A stretch of DNA of 64,000 bases from Patescibacteria group bacterium (GCA_026397045.1 JAPLVO010000009.1:1548-65547); one strand, 5' to 3'. Shown: positions 9,304 through 20,324, counted from the stretch's first letter. Numbers and translations are program-made. The notes: generated by a model from the letters alone, not told the origin.

Positions 9304-10248
9304 TTACTCGCCTACTGGCTCTTGGCCAACGCCAAGTTCATTTAGTTTCTCTATCACTTCTTCCTGTGCTTTTACTCCAAAGCCTTTAAGGTCCTTAAGA
9401 TCTGATGGAGTGAACTCCATCAGATCCTTGATCGTCTTGATATCGTTATTGAGGAGTGCATTAGCAGTTCGTGGGCTGAAATTAACTTCATCTATTCCAA
9501 TTTGAGCCATATCGGCTTCAGCACGCTCTACAGCCGTCATTATTCCGCCGCTTCCAACTGAGACTACATCATGACCTGCAAGGACTTGGAAGTGGCCAAC
9601 AAGGACCTCTGCAGCTTGCATAACTGCTTCCTTGGGGGTAATAGTGCCGTCAGTTTCGACTTCAAGGATTAATTTGTCTAGATTAGTCATCTGACCTACT
9701 CGAGTATTTTCAACATTATAGCGCACCCGCCTGATAGGAGTATATATTGCGTCAATCGCGATCATCCCGACTGGGAGTTTTTCGGCATTTCTGCTCTCCA
9801 CGGTAACATAGCCTCGTCCTTGTTCTACCTTAAGTTCCATTTCTAGCTTGGCCTTGGCGTTATCTAGATGAGCGATGACTAGATCTGGATTAGTCACTTC
9901 GACATCATTATTGACCTTGATATCGCCAGCCTTGACGATCCCACCAGACTTTTTGAGGGTAAGCATAACTGGCTCTTCATTAGGATTTTTAAATCTGACC
10001 TGCTTTAAGTTTAGGATTATCTCAATCATGTCCTCACGAACGCCCGAAATAGTGGAGAATTCATGGCTAGCGCCTTCGATTTTGACTGCTGTAACAGCGC
10101 TCCCGGCTAGGCTCGAGAGTAATACTCGGCGTATTGAGTTGCCTAGAGTCATGCCATAGCCTGGGTAGAGCGGTTCTAATGCAAACTCGGCTGAATTTAG
10201 GGCTGTTTTGTCTTCTTTAAGTTCTGGTAGGTTGATATCGTATAACAT
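9304..10248 (-). CDS. rpoA: RNA polymerase alpha subunit
   Basis: EPL.PGYG.TLGNS.RR.LLSS motif and an alpha-CTD. Confidence 0.97.
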   Translation of the reverse strand: MLYDINLPELKEDKTALNSAEFALEPLYPGYGMTLGNSIRRVLLSSLAGSAVTAVKIEGASHEFSTISGVREDMIEIILNLKQVRFKNPNEEPVMLTLKKSGGIVKAGDIKVNNDVEVTNPDLVIAHLDNAKAKLEMELKVEQGRGYVTVESRNAEKLPVGMIAIDAIYTPIRRVRYNVENTRVGQMTNLDKLILEVETDGTITPKEAVMQAAEVLVGHFQVLAGHDVVSVGSGGIMTAVERAEADMAQIGIDEVNFSPRTANALLNNDIKTIKDLMEFTPSDLKDLKGFGVKAQEEVIEKLNELGVGQEPVGE

Positions 10249-10260
10249 AGCTCTCCTTAT

Positions 10261-10875
10261 TTATCGTGAATAATATTCGATTATTAATTGCTCTTGGATC
10301 TCTTGGTCTTGTTCCTCTCGCAGCGGCATCCCTATGACTTTGGCGCTGAACTTCTTCGGTTCGAAGCTGAGCCAGCTAGGCAAAGTCTGGTTAGGATCAA
10401 TACTGTCTTTGAGGGCAACAAAATAAGTGGTCTTGAGGCTGGCATCACGGATTGTGATCTCATCGGAGGGTGAAACCATTATGGAAGGAATGTCTACTCG
10501 CTTGCCATTTAACAAAACATGGCCATGGCTAACAATTTGGCGGGCGGCAGGCCTAGATGGGGCAACCCCGAGTCTGTAAATGACATTGTCCAGGCGTCTT
10601 TCTAGTAATTGAAGTAGGTTTTCACCTGTAACCCCTGGCATCTTCTCGGCCTTGCCGATATAGCGCCTAAACTGCTTCTCTAAGATTCCGTAGAATCGCT
10701 TAACTTTTTGTTTCTCCCTGAGCTGTAGTGAATAATCGCTTGGCTTGGGTCTTCTGGATTGACCATGCTGGCCAGGACCATAGTTACGCCGTGTAAGGGC
10801 CTTGACTGCCTTGGGATGAGTATGGGCGCCTTCTCGTCGAGCTATTTTAACAGCTGGGGTTAGATTTCGTGCCAT
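10261..10875 (-). CDS. rpsD: 30S ribosomal protein S4
   Basis: QLREKQK, LERRLDN and IEYYSR; start at MARN (10875). Confidence 0.96.
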   Translation of the reverse strand: MARNLTPAVKIARREGAHTHPKAVKALTRRNYGPGQHGQSRRPKPSDYSLQLREKQKVKRFYGILEKQFRRYIGKAEKMPGVTGENLLQLLERRLDNVIYRLGVAPSRPAARQIVSHGHVLLNGKRVDIPSIMVSPSDEITIRDASLKTTYFVALKDSIDPNQTLPSWLSFEPKKFSAKVIGMPLREEQDQEIQEQLIIEYYSR

Positions 10876-10876
10876 A

Positions 10877-11269
10877 CTATACTCTCCTGGCCTTTCGGGG
10901 TCTACAGCCATTATGCGGGATACCAGTATCGTCCTTTATAGACGATACGCTTATTCCAGAACCCTGCAGAGCTCGTATAGCTGACTCTCGGCCACTGCCA
11001 ATTCCCTTAATAATTACATCAACACTACTCATGCCAAAATCCTTACATGCTCCCACGGCTTTCTCGGCGGCTATCTGGGCTGCATAAGGAGTACTTTTAC
11101 GAGAGCCCTTGAAGCCAGCAGAACCAGATGAACCCCAGCTAACAACTGCACCTTTTTCATCAGAGATGGTTATTATGGTGTTATTAAAGCTAGAGTGGAT
11201 ATGCACCACACCCTTAGGTATGTTGCGCTTCTGCTTCTTTTTTCTAGTTTTAGTTACTGGTTTGCTCAT
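10877..11269 (-). CDS. rpsK: 30S ribosomal protein S11
   Basis: [18 protein letters not shown] and PHNGCRP motifs. Confidence 0.97.
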   Translation of the reverse strand: MSKPVTKTRKKKQKRNIPKGVVHIHSSFNNTIITISDEKGAVVSWGSSGSAGFKGSRKSTPYAAQIAAEKAVGACKDFGMSSVDVIIKGIGSGRESAIRALQGSGISVSSIKDDTGIPHNGCRPRKARRV

Positions 11270-11282
11270 TATTTACATCCCT

Positions 11283-11669
11283 TTAAGTTTTAGCTGCTGA
11301 TTTTTTTCTACCGCTTCCGACAGTTACTTTTCTACCTCGCTTGGTTCGGGCATTAGTTTTAGTGCGCTGTCCTCTAGAGGGCAGGCCGGCGCTATGCCTG
11401 AGGCCTCGATAGGCTTTGATTTCCTTGAGTCTTTTGATATTTCCGGTAACCACGCGTGATAGGTCGGCTTCTACTGTGAGGTTCTTATCGATATACTCGC
11501 GTATTTTGGTCTGGTCGGCCTCAGTCATATCTTTTACTCTGACATTGGGATCGATATTAAGATCAGCCAGCATCTTCTGGCTAGTCTTAAGTCCTATTCC
11601 GTAGACATATGTCAAAGCCACTTCTAATCTCTTTTCCGATGGTATATTTGTACCTGCTATACGCGCCAT
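11283..11669 (-). CDS. rpsM: 30S ribosomal protein S13
   Basis: MARIAG, YRGLRH and [10 protein letters not shown] motifs. Confidence 0.97.
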   Translation of the reverse strand: MARIAGTNIPSEKRLEVALTYVYGIGLKTSQKMLADLNIDPNVRVKDMTEADQTKIREYIDKNLTVEADLSRVVTGNIKRLKEIKAYRGLRHSAGLPSRGQRTKTNARTKRGRKVTVGSGRKKSAAKT

Positions 11670-11671
11670 GG

Positions 11672-11785
11672 CTAACCTTGCCTCTGCTTATGCTTAGGGT
11701 TCTCACAAATTACTCGTACTACTCCTTTGCGAACGACGACTTTGCATTTGGCACATATTTTCTTAACTCCGGCTCTAACTTTCAA
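11672..11785 (-). CDS. rpmJ: 50S ribosomal protein L36 (absent from the ORF track)
   Basis: Hand translation from a TTG start with AGGAG SD: [37 protein letters not shown]. Confidence 0.96.
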   Translation of the reverse strand: MKVRAGVKKICAKCKVVVRKGVVRVICENPKHKQRQG

Positions 11786-11794
11786 GACATTCTC

Positions 11795-12016
11795 CTATTT
11801 ATGACGAAAAGTAATTCGCCCTTTTGATAAATCATATGGTGTCATTTCGATAGTCACCTTATCACCTGGCAAAATCTTAATGTAATGCATGCGCATTTTG
11901 CCAGAAATATGTGCCAAAATTACATGCCCATTTTCAAGTTCTACTTTGAAATGAGCATTAGGGAGCGCCTCGATGACGCTACCCTCAACTTCGATTACTT
12001 CCTTTGTGTTTGCCAT
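11795..12016 (-). CDS. infA: Translation initiation factor IF-1
   Basis: EALPNA.F.V.LENG, HISGKMR and PYDLSKGRI motifs. Confidence 0.97.
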   Translation of the reverse strand: MANTKEVIEVEGSVIEALPNAHFKVELENGHVILAHISGKMRMHYIKILPGDKVTIEMTPYDLSKGRITFRHK

Positions 12017-12037
12017 AGATTAAAGTTACAAGATGTA

Positions 12038-12066
12038 ATTATAGAGGAGATCAGCCCATCTGTAAA
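12038..12066 (-). promoter_or_regulatory. Sigma70-type promoter for the infA/alpha cluster
   Basis: TTTACA-N17-TATAAT. Confidence 0.7.
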
Positions 12067-12119
12067 GCCTTTTATAGGATAAGTTAGAAATTGCAGTGTA
12101 CCCTTAACTTTAATTAAGT

Positions 12120-13439
12120 CTAATACTTATCATAACTTGCCATCAAGGCCAGAGACTTGGCCTGCTTGACGGTTTCTATGATGACAGCCACGATGATGAG
12201 AAGGCTTGTACCGCCTATTGTAATGGCATCTGAGGTCTTAAATAGGCTCTGCATGATAAATGGCAGTATCGCCACAAACCCAAGGCCCAGAGAGCCCGTA
12301 AAGGTGATGCGCGTTATGATTGTCTTAAGGTACTTAGATGTTTCCTCGCCGGGCCTTACGCCTGGTATAAAGCCACCCTGCTTCTGAAGATTCTCGGCAA
12401 TTTCATCGGGCTTAAATATTATAGCTGTATAGAAATAGGTAAAGGCTACGACCAAGACAAAGTATGTGGCAGAGTACACAAAGCTACTGGGGGAGAATAT
12501 CTTTGTAATATTCTGGGCGAGGGAAGCTAACCATTGAGAGCTTGCATTGGTAAATAGCTGGCCTACAAATGTCGGGATTGATAAAAATGCTAAAGCGAAT
12601 ATGATTGGTATCACGCCAGCCGTAATAACTCTTAGCGGAAGATGAGTATCGACTCCTCGGTAGGCTTGGGCATTAGACATTCTTCGGGCGTAGGAGATTG
12701 GTATATTGCGCTGGCCTTCATTGAGATAGACTATAAACACCACGGTGGCGATAGCCACTAAGCCAATCATCACTGTACTAAATATTTTTCCTGGATCTGT
12801 CTGCACCAGCGCTGTCTGAGTAGCTAGGGTTGCCGGCAAACCAGAAACGATACCAAAGAGTATTATCATAGATATTCCGTTACCAATACCGCGCTCAGTT
12901 ATTATTTCTCCGAGCCACATCAGTATCATTGAGCCTGCCACTATTGTAGATACCATCAGCACCCACTGGGATGCAGTTGGATTACCGATGAGGTCTATAC
13001 CTGTGGATTGGGTTGATAAATTACGAACTAAAAATATCATTGCCACACCTTGAACGATGGCTAATGGTAAGGTCAGTAGCCTAGTGTAATGATTGATTTT
13101 ATTACGCCCAGCCTCCCCCTCCTTAGAAAGTGCTTCTAGCTTGGGAACAACCTGAGTTAGCAATTGAATAATTATTGAGGCATTAATATAAGGCCCTAAG
13201 CCCATAAGGAGAATAGAGAACCTAGATAGAGCCCCACCGGAAAATAGGTTGACAAACCCTAGTAGTGAATTAGACTGGAATATTCGAGTCAGAAAGGATT
13301 GCAACTTAACGCTGTCGGGCACTGGTACGGGTAACTGGGAGAGCAAACTATAAACAACCATAATAGCAAGGACAACAAGCACGCGATTACGCAAAGCCGG
13401 GTTCTTGTAAAGCTGTCTTAAAGTTTCTTTATTCATCAA
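12120..13439 (-). CDS. secY: Preprotein translocase subunit SecY
   Basis: GLGPYINASII, GIGNGIS, GGFIPGVRPG and GGTSLLI motifs. Confidence 0.97.
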   Translation of the reverse strand: MMNKETLRQLYKNPALRNRVLVVLAIMVVYSLLSQLPVPVPDSVKLQSFLTRIFQSNSLLGFVNLFSGGALSRFSILLMGLGPYINASIIIQLLTQVVPKLEALSKEGEAGRNKINHYTRLLTLPLAIVQGVAMIFLVRNLSTQSTGIDLIGNPTASQWVLMVSTIVAGSMILMWLGEIITERGIGNGISMIILFGIVSGLPATLATQTALVQTDPGKIFSTVMIGLVAIATVVFIVYLNEGQRNIPISYARRMSNAQAYRGVDTHLPLRVITAGVIPIIFALAFLSIPTFVGQLFTNASSQWLASLAQNITKIFSPSSFVYSATYFVLVVAFTYFYTAIIFKPDEIAENLQKQGGFIPGVRPGEETSKYLKTIITRITFTGSLGLGFVAILPFIMQSLFKTSDAITIGGTSLLIIVAVIIETVKQAKSLALMASYDKY

Positions 13440-13453
13440 CCCCCTCCTTTTAA

Positions 13454-13933
13454 CTATTTATTGAACTCTTTTTTCCTTTTGGTAATCATTTTGGGTTTAG
13501 CGGTTAGTATTACCTTGCCGCCTGCTGACTCGATAGCACTAATGGCTGAAGCTGAGGCCTTCTCAACACTTATCGTTGTGGCTATCTTAATTGTACCATT
13601 GCCTAATAGCTTTACGGGCGAGTTAACTCTCCTAATTAGCCCGGCTGACCTAAGTATGTTTGCATCAACTACCTTTTTACCAAGATTCTGGATGTCCGAT
13701 AAGTTAACCACCTGAAACTCTATTCTGTTTAAGGGCGTAAAGCCTCGCGCTTTAGGTAGCCTCTGAGCTAATTTAGTCTGCCCGCCTTCAAAGCCTGGCT
13801 TGAATTTACTACCAGCTCTGGCGTTTTGGCCTTTTGTGCCACGGCCCGCTGTCTTGCCTTGCCCGCCGCTAATGCCTCGGCCTAATCGCTTGATAGATTT
13901 ATCTTTGGTGGTTTTAAGTTCGTGAACTTTCAT
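13454..13933 (-). CDS. rplO: 50S ribosomal protein L15
   Basis: GRG...G.GKTAGRG.KGQ and GFEGGQ motifs. Confidence 0.97.
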   Translation of the reverse strand: MKVHELKTTKDKSIKRLGRGISGGQGKTAGRGTKGQNARAGSKFKPGFEGGQTKLAQRLPKARGFTPLNRIEFQVVNLSDIQNLGKKVVDANILRSAGLIRRVNSPVKLLGNGTIKIATTISVEKASASAISAIESAGGKVILTAKPKMITKRKKEFNK

Positions 13934-14427
13934 TATTTAGACTCCTTAGCTAGTCGCACCTTTGCTTTTAGCTGAGATAAGGCCTCGACTGTTGCATACG
14001 AATTATTGATCTTATTAGTGGAGCCTAGGGACTTTGTGAGTACATCCTTTATGCCTGCTGCTTCTAGTACGGCCCTTACTGCGCCTCCTGCAATTACTCC
14101 AGTTCCTGGGTGGGCTGGCTTTAATAGTACCACTGCGCCGCCAAATGTAACCTGAACTTCATGCGGAATAGTTGCTCCGTCTAGTTCAAAATCGATCATG
14201 TCTTTCTTGGCTCTAGCCACGGCCTTCATAATTGATGTTGGGGCGTCAGTACCTTTACCTACACCAACCCCGACACGGCCTTTGTTATTACCAACTACTG
14301 CAGTGGCTCTAAACCTAAAGCGGCGTCCGCCTTTTACTACTCTAGTAACTCTATCCAGGGCGATAATTCGCTCATCAAATTCAGGTACTTCTTGCTTGCC
14401 CATTCGGTTATTAAAATTATTATTCAT
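13933..14427 (-). CDS. rpsE: 30S ribosomal protein S5
   Basis: [14 protein letters not shown] and GTGVIAGG motifs. Confidence 0.97.
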   Translation of the reverse strand: MNNNFNNRMGKQEVPEFDERIIALDRVTRVVKGGRRFRFRATAVVGNNKGRVGVGVGKGTDAPTSIMKAVARAKKDMIDFELDGATIPHEVQVTFGGAVVLLKPAHPGTGVIAGGAVRAVLEAAGIKDVLTKSLGSTNKINNSYATVEALSQLKAKVRLAKESK

Positions 14428-14763
14428 CTAGAACTCCAATCCTTCTTTTCTTGCAGACTCGGCAAATGTCTTAACTCTGCCATGGTATATTTTACCGCCG
14501 CGGTCAAACACCACCGACTTTATTTTTGACTTGATACCAAGAATTGCTATCTGCTGGCCTAGCCATTCAGCCTTCTGATTCATACTCTTAGATGCTATGT
14601 CTTTATTAGATTCTGTAGATAGTGACGCCAGTGTCTTAGATGAGACATCATCGATCAGCTGAGCCCTCATGTGTTTTAGCGACACAGCCAAACAAAGCCT
14701 AGGGCGTTCTGCTGTACCGGATATCTTAGCCCGAACTCTGCGAGTTGCTTTAATATTTTTCAT
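14428..14763 (-). CDS. rplR: 50S ribosomal protein L18
   Basis: GTAERPRL and VFDRGG..YHGRV motifs. Confidence 0.96.
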   Translation of the reverse strand: MKNIKATRRVRAKISGTAERPRLCLAVSLKHMRAQLIDDVSSKTLASLSTESNKDIASKSMNQKAEWLGQQIAILGIKSKIKSVVFDRGGKIYHGRVKTFAESARKEGLEF

Positions 14764-15308
14764 TCTGAACCTCCCTTAGCGGCAGTCTTTCCGGCTTTTC
14801 GCCTAACATGCTCGTTAATATACCTTATGCCTTTGCCCTTATAGGGCTCGGGCTTTTTGAATATTCTAATATTTGCTGCTGCTGCACCAACCTGTTGTTT
14901 GTCGTAACCAGCAACTGTTATTATATTTTGGTTTACAGTAACTGTAACGCCTTCTGGTGCAGTAAATATCACCGGATGCGAGAACCCAAGGCTCATTTCG
15001 AGATCTTTTCCATTCATCTTGGCTCTATAGCCTACTCCATTGATTTCTAGCTCCTTCGTGAAGCCCTCGGATACTCCAATTATCATATTGGCAATTAGAG
15101 TTCGCTGCAGTCCGAATTGCTTTTGAGTATCGGCGTTAATCTCTTTTTGAGTAACGATGATTTTATCGTCCTTGATTTCCACGGCCAGACCTTTGAGTAT
15201 CTTGGTGGATAGTTCTCCCTTCGGGCCCTTAATGCTAACTAACTTAGCATCGACACTAACATCTACTCCGCTAACCATATCTATGGGCTGCTTACCTATT
15301 CTACTCAT
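14760..15308 (-). CDS. rplF: 50S ribosomal protein L6
   Basis: MSRIGK and PEPYKGKGI motifs. Confidence 0.97.
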   Translation of the reverse strand: MSRIGKQPIDMVSGVDVSVDAKLVSIKGPKGELSTKILKGLAVEIKDDKIIVTQKEINADTQKQFGLQRTLIANMIIGVSEGFTKELEINGVGYRAKMNGKDLEMSLGFSHPVIFTAPEGVTVTVNQNIITVAGYDKQQVGAAAANIRIFKKPEPYKGKGIRYINEHVRRKAGKTAAKGGSE

Positions 15309-15309
15309 C

Positions 15310-15696
15310 TTAGTAGACCTTACAGATTAATTCGCCGCCAATGCCTTTTTTGCGGGCATCTCTACCAGTCATTATACCCACTGGTGTAGAAACAATTACT
15401 ATTCCTCGGCCAGTTCTGACTACCGGGATCTCTGAGGCTTTTGCATAAATGCGTCTACCTGGTTTGCTAACTCGAACGAGGCTCTCGGGCTGGGTTGGGC
15501 CATTTAGCTCGATACTTAGTTGCTTGAAGCCCCCTTGGCTTATAACTGAAACTTTACCGATGTAGCCATTGCCCTTAAGTATGCCTGCAATTGCTGCTTT
15601 GAGTTTAGAATGAGGAATAATTACCTCTTGTTTATTGGACATGATTCCATTTCGTATTCTGGTAAGCATGTCTGCGATTGGGTCTGTTGTCATCAT
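15310..15696 (-). CDS. rpsH: 30S ribosomal protein S8
   Basis: DPIADMLTRIRN and SKPGRRIY; start at MMTTDP. Confidence 0.96.
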   Translation of the reverse strand: MMTTDPIADMLTRIRNGIMSNKQEVIIPHSKLKAAIAGILKGNGYIGKVSVISQGGFKQLSIELNGPTQPESLVRVSKPGRRIYAKASEIPVVRTGRGIVIVSTPVGIMTGRDARKKGIGGELICKVY

Positions 15697-15707
15697 AATA
15701 TAATCTC

Positions 15708-15977
15708 CTACCAACTCGACTTAGTTATACCTGGAATTTGCCCCTTAGAGGCATACTCTCGGAAGGTTAATCTGCTCAGCCCAAATTTGCGAATATACCC
15801 TCGCGATCGGCCAGTAATTTCACAGCGATTGCGCTGACGGATAGGGTTAGAGTTTCGTGGTAACTTAGCCAACCCGTCTAGGTCTCCATCCGCCCGTAGT
15901 TGAGCGCGCTTATCAGCAAATTTAATTGCTAGTTTCTCTCTTTTTAATTCTCTCTGGATCAGTGCTTTTCGGGCCAT
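15708..15977 (-). CDS. rpsN: 30S ribosomal protein S14 (89-aa Zn-independent type)
   Basis: [12 protein letters not shown]...FGLSR...PGITKSSW. Confidence 0.96.
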   Translation of the reverse strand: MARKALIQRELKREKLAIKFADKRAQLRADGDLDGLAKLPRNSNPIRQRNRCEITGRSRGYIRKFGLSRLTFREYASKGQIPGITKSSW

Positions 15978-16525
15978 TATTTCGCTCCTTTCTCGAACGG
16001 CATGCCAAACTTTTCAAGCAATGCTCTACTTGCCTTAACATTATTTCCGCTAATTACTATTGTTATCTGAAGGCCGTGTATGGACGAGGCATCCTCATAG
16101 GCTATCTCTGGGAACACAGTCTGATCATTGATACCGATACTATAGTTACCGCTACTATCAAAGGCCTTGGCACTAACACCGTGGAAGTCCCTGGTGCGCG
16201 GTAAAACTACAGCAATAAGTCTATCTAGGAAGCTATACATCCGCTCTCCCCTTAGGGTAACCTTGGCGCCAATTAGCATCCCCTCTCTTAGCTTAAAACT
16301 GGCAATACTGTGTTGGGCCTTAGTAATTAAAGGCTTTTGGCCAGTTATCTTGGCTAAAGTAGCGACCACCATATCTAATTGCTTAGAATCAGCGACTGCC
16401 TTACCGACGCCACTATTAATTACAATTTTCTGTAATTTAGGGATCTCATGGACATTCGCTATTTTTAGATCGCTCATGAGCTCAGTTATTACTGTTTTAT
16501 TGTATTTGGTCTGTAATCTATTCAT
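15977..16525 (-). CDS. rplE: 50S ribosomal protein L5
   Basis: ITGQKP, FKLREG and VTLRG motifs. Confidence 0.97.
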   Translation of the reverse strand: MNRLQTKYNKTVITELMSDLKIANVHEIPKLQKIVINSGVGKAVADSKQLDMVVATLAKITGQKPLITKAQHSIASFKLREGMLIGAKVTLRGERMYSFLDRLIAVVLPRTRDFHGVSAKAFDSSGNYSIGINDQTVFPEIAYEDASSIHGLQITIVISGNNVKASRALLEKFGMPFEKGAK

Positions 16526-16527
16526 GA

Positions 16528-16887
16528 TTATTCCTTCTTACCTTTAGCTGTAGAGCTCTTAGAGTCCTTACTTGCCTTCGGGTTACTAAATTTAGAGACC
16601 TTAAATATTCTCTGCTTTTTGCCATTTTCAGTCATCTTATAGCCAACTCTAGCTGGTTTGCCTGAAGCCGGATCTAGCACCATCACCTTGGATACATCGA
16701 TTGGCTTAGTGACCTCAACAATTCCGCCCTTAGGGTTACTTTGGCTCGGCTTAACATGTCTCTTAGATATATTAACCCCCTGAACCACTACTTGCTTAGT
16801 GGCCGGTTTAGCCAAGACGACTTCTCCGGTCTTGCCCTTATCACGACCAGCTATCACTATGACTTTATCTTTTCGAATTATTTTCAT
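16528..16887 (-). CDS. rplX: 50S ribosomal protein L24
   Basis: KOW motif D.VIVIAGRDKGKTG. Confidence 0.96.
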   Translation of the reverse strand: MKIIRKDKVIVIAGRDKGKTGEVVLAKPATKQVVVQGVNISKRHVKPSQSNPKGGIVEVTKPIDVSKVMVLDPASGKPARVGYKMTENGKKQRIFKVSKFSNPKASKDSKSSTAKGKKE

Positions 16888-17255
16888 TATAGTACCTCCG
16901 GAGCTAATGAAACTATTTTCATATAACCCTTTTCCCGCAGCTCACGGGTAACCGGGCCAAATATTCGGGTGCCCCTGGGTTGGTCATTAGTATCAATAAT
17001 TACTGCTGCATTTTCGTCAAATTTAACATTACTACCATCTTTTCTACTAACTTGCCTTTTGGTTCTCACCACCACTGCCCTTATAACTTCTTTCTTCTTA
17101 ACGGTACCGTTTGGGGTAGCTACCTTAACACTAGCTACTATGACATCGCCAACTCTAGCATAGCGTCTTTTACTTCCACCCAAAACCTTGATACACATTA
17201 TTTCTTTTGCACCAGTATTATCGGCCACTTTTAGCCTTGTTTCTGACTGTATCAT
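16887..17255 (-). CDS. rplN: 50S ribosomal protein L14
   Basis: VADNTGA and GTRIFGPV motifs. Confidence 0.97.
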   Translation of the reverse strand: MIQSETRLKVADNTGAKEIMCIKVLGGSKRRYARVGDVIVASVKVATPNGTVKKKEVIRAVVVRTKRQVSRKDGSNVKFDENAAVIIDTNDQPRGTRIFGPVTRELREKGYMKIVSLAPEVL

Positions 17256-17515
17256 TGGGAAATCTCCGTCTTTACAATGGCTTTCTGAATAACTCTAGAA
17301 AGTGCAAAATGCTTGTTCTTGCTAATTGGTCGGGTCTCAATAATTTCCACAGTGTCTCCGAGTAGTGCCTTGCTAGTCTCATCATGAGCCTGGAATCGAG
17401 TAGTTACGAGATACGACTTCTTGTACAAAGGGTGAGCCTTGCGGCGCTCTACTGCCACAACAATTGTTTTGTCCATTTTGGTTGATACAACCTTGCCCTG
17501 TAGTGTTCGACTCAT
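17252..17515 (-). CDS. rpsQ: 30S ribosomal protein S17
   Basis: GKVVS.KMDKT, HPLYKK and ETRPISK motifs. Confidence 0.97.
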   Translation of the reverse strand: MSRTLQGKVVSTKMDKTIVVAVERRKAHPLYKKSYLVTTRFQAHDETSKALLGDTVEIIETRPISKNKHFALSRVIQKAIVKTEISQ

Positions 17516-17721
17516 GATTTATCTCCTTGTGAGGCCTTTTCTTGTTCGCCTATTATTGTTAGTATTCTCGCTATTGTTCGTTTTAGTGTGACTATCTGCT
17601 TAACATTTTTTACTTCCTTGGTTCTGTAATCTACATTAAGTTGTACTAGCTTAGATCTGGACTCTACTAGGTCCTTCAGTAACTCTTTATTAGATTTATT
17701 TCTTAGTTCTTTAGCTTTCAT
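17512..17721 (-). CDS. rpmC: 50S ribosomal protein L29
   Basis: MKAKELR and KRTIARILT; position between rplP and rpsQ. Confidence 0.94.
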   Translation of the reverse strand: MKAKELRNKSNKELLKDLVESRSKLVQLNVDYRTKEVKNVKQIVTLKRTIARILTIIGEQEKASQGDKS

Positions 17722-18142
17722 CTGATTCTCCTGCATGGGCTTTTACCATAAATTTAGTCTTAATAGGCAGTTTGTAGGCAGCGAGTCGCATAGCTTCCTT
17801 GGCGACTTCTTCGGTAACTCCGTCCATTTCGAACAAAATTTTACCCGCCTGGACCTTGGCCACATAGTGGTCAAGTGCTCCTTTACCAGATCCCATCCTA
17901 ACTTCAGCAGGCTTCTTAGTGACCGGTGTATGGGGGAAAATTCTGATCCATATTTTACCGCCGCGCTTAATGTGCCTGGTCATGGCACGACGCGCAGATT
18001 CTATTTGCCTTGAAGTTATTCGCTCGTTAGCAAGAGCTTTTAAGCCAAAGCTGCCAAAGCTAATTTCGGTGCCTCGGCTAGCAACGCCTTTATTACGCCC
18101 TTTCTGGGCCTTTCGATATTTAGTTTTGCGTGGCATTAACAT
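17711..18142 (-). CDS. rplP: 50S ribosomal protein L16
   Basis: KIWIRIFP and RMGSGKG motifs. Confidence 0.97.
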   Translation of the reverse strand: MLMPRKTKYRKAQKGRNKGVASRGTEISFGSFGLKALANERITSRQIESARRAMTRHIKRGGKIWIRIFPHTPVTKKPAEVRMGSGKGALDHYVAKVQAGKILFEMDGVTEEVAKEAMRLAAYKLPIKTKFMVKAHAGESDES

Positions 18143-18153
18143 CTTACTACTCC

Positions 18154-18771
18154 TTAACCTTTATAAATCCATACTTTTACACCAATCACACCAAAAGTCG
18201 TCTTGGCTTCGGCGGCAGCGTAATCAATATCGGCCTTAATTGTATGAAGTGGGATGCTACCGACTGCGGATGTCTCTCGACGAGCCATTTCGGCACCATT
18301 TAGCCTCCCTGAAACACTAACCTTTGCACCTAAAGCACCAGACCTAACAGAAGCTTCGGTGGTACTCTTGATGATCCTTCTAAAAGGTAGCCTGCGCTCA
18401 AGCTGAGAAGCCACATTTTCAGCGACCAACTGAGCATTGAGTTCGGGATTTTTCACTTCCTCAATGTTAATCTTAAAAGAGCCATCAATAAGCTTGGCGA
18501 GGTCCTTTTTGAGGGCATCAATACCAGCTCCGCTTCGGCCTATAACTACTCCTGGCTTAGCAGTGTGAACAGTTATCGTGAGCTCATTATTGGATCTTTC
18601 AATTTCCACCTTGGCCACCGAGGCCCTAAAGCCTAGCTTCAAAGAAATAAGCTTTCGGATCCTGATGTCCTGGGCGACTAAAGTTGCGAAATTACGATTA
18701 TCGAACCACTTAGACTGCCAGTTCTTAGTATATATTAACCTGAACCCTACTGGATTTATCTTTTGTCCCAT
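18154..18771 (-). CDS. rpsC: 30S ribosomal protein S3
   Basis: MGQKINP.GFR and [10 protein letters not shown] motifs. Confidence 0.97.
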   Translation of the reverse strand: MGQKINPVGFRLIYTKNWQSKWFDNRNFATLVAQDIRIRKLISLKLGFRASVAKVEIERSNNELTITVHTAKPGVVIGRSGAGIDALKKDLAKLIDGSFKINIEEVKNPELNAQLVAENVASQLERRLPFRRIIKSTTEASVRSGALGAKVSVSGRLNGAEMARRETSAVGSIPLHTIKADIDYAAAEAKTTFGVIGVKVWIYKG

Positions 18772-19202
18772 TACCTTAATCCTCGCTTCTTGTTAGTAAT
18801 TTTCGTGGTAACTTTAGGCTTTCCTGATTTCTGCTCAGTCTTTTCAGATGGCTTAGCGTCTGACCCTGCCTCGCCGCTGTCCAGGATGATCCTAAGATGA
18901 GCCATTTGGTGCTCTATTTTGCCATAAGCACCTTTCGCTCTTGGTCTGCCTCGCTTTAGCTTAGGGCCCTGGTCAACTCTTATTTCAGATATAACCAAGG
19001 TAGATGCGCTAAGACTGTAATTGTTCTCAGCACTAGCGATAGCGCTCTTTATGCCGGCTGCAATCATACGAGCCGACTTTTGTGGCATATTAAGCAAGAG
19101 CTCCTGTGCCCCTGTGGCACTTTGGCCTCTTACCATATCAGCGCCCAGACGAAGCTTTTGAGCTGATATCCTTAGATACTTAATGTTTGCTGCTACTTTC
19201 AT
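18771..19202 (-). CDS. rplV: 50S ribosomal protein L22 with basic C-terminal tail
   Basis: S.QKLRL..D.VRG and KR..PRAKG motifs. Confidence 0.96.
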   Translation of the reverse strand: MKVAANIKYLRISAQKLRLGADMVRGQSATGAQELLLNMPQKSARMIAAGIKSAIASAENNYSLSASTLVISEIRVDQGPKLKRGRPRAKGAYGKIEHQMAHLRIILDSGEAGSDAKPSEKTEQKSGKPKVTTKITNKKRGLR

Positions 19203-19211
19203 GATTACTCC

Positions 19212-19493
19212 TTAAGACTTCCCTTCGGCTTTAGCTAGTTTACCGCCATGACCACGGAATTTTCGGGTAGGGGAAAACTCTCCTAGCTTATGGCCAACCA
19301 TGTTTTCCGTAACTAGCACTGGGACATGTATCTTGCCGTTATGCACGGCGATAGTTTTGCCGACCATCTCTGGACTAATAGCACTAGACCTAGACCAAGT
19401 CTTGATAATAGTCTTGTCATTTACTTCCAGTACCATGACCTTACGAAGTAATTTAGGGTCGATAAAAGGACCTTTTTTGCTTGAACGACTCAT
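19212..19493 (-). CDS. rpsS: 30S ribosomal protein S19
   Basis: KKGPF, KTWSR and GHKLGEF motifs. Confidence 0.97.
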   Translation of the reverse strand: MSRSSKKGPFIDPKLLRKVMVLEVNDKTIIKTWSRSSAISPEMVGKTIAVHNGKIHVPVLVTENMVGHKLGEFSPTRKFRGHGGKLAKAEGKS

Positions 19494-20324
19494 CTATTTC
19501 CTTCCTTTCCCGCGACCACGAATAATCATGGCGCTAGTTGATTTACGGCGTCTAGTCTTAAGCCCCATAGCAACTTTACCCCATGGGGTTCTCGGAATTC
19601 GACCTGGGCCACTTAAGCCCTCTCCACCACCCATTGGATGATCTGATGGGTTCATAGCCTTACCGCGAACAGAAGGCCTCCAACCCATTCGGCGCTTTCT
19701 TCCGGCACTACCAATAGTAATGTTCTGATGATCAGCATTACCAATCTGGCCAACTGTCGCCATACAATTAGTGTGGATTAGTCGGACCTCTCCTGAAGGC
19801 AACTTGATTTGAGCCCAATCACCTTCACGAGCCGCCAACTGAGCGCGAGCACCAGCGCTTCTGGCTAGCTGTCCACCTCGGCCAGGCTGCATCTCAATAT
19901 TGCATATTACCGAACCAATTGGGATGTCTTTGAGCTTGAGGCGATTACCGGACTTTATTTCGGCATCTGGGCCAGAAGCAATTGAGCTTCCAACAACCAT
20001 ATTTGCAGTAGCCAATACATAGGCCTTACTACCATTGTCGAGTCTCACTAAGGCTATATTAGCTGATCTGTTAGGATCATACTCGAGGGCGATAATAACT
20101 GCCTTCTGAGCAGAGGCGAATACAAAATCCACCAATCTGTAAGCACGCTTAGCTCCACCGCCGCGGTGGCGAGTGGTTATTTTGCCTTGATTATTGCGGC
20201 CGGCTTTCTTTATCATAGGCACAGTTAGGGACTTTTCGGGCTTCTTCTTGGTTAGCTCCGAAAAGTCAGCAACGCTCATATTCCTACGGGCTGCTGTATT
20301 TGGCTTGAGTGTTCTAACTCCCAT
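19494..20324 (-). CDS. rplB: 50S ribosomal protein L2
   Basis: EYDPNRSANIAL and MNP.DHP.GGGEG motifs. Confidence 0.97.
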   Translation of the reverse strand: MGVRTLKPNTAARRNMSVADFSELTKKKPEKSLTVPMIKKAGRNNQGKITTRHRGGGAKRAYRLVDFVFASAQKAVIIALEYDPNRSANIALVRLDNGSKAYVLATANMVVGSSIASGPDAEIKSGNRLKLKDIPIGSVICNIEMQPGRGGQLARSAGARAQLAAREGDWAQIKLPSGEVRLIHTNCMATVGQIGNADHQNITIGSAGRKRRMGWRPSVRGKAMNPSDHPMGGGEGLSGPGRIPRTPWGKVAMGLKTRRRKSTSAMIIRGRGKGRK

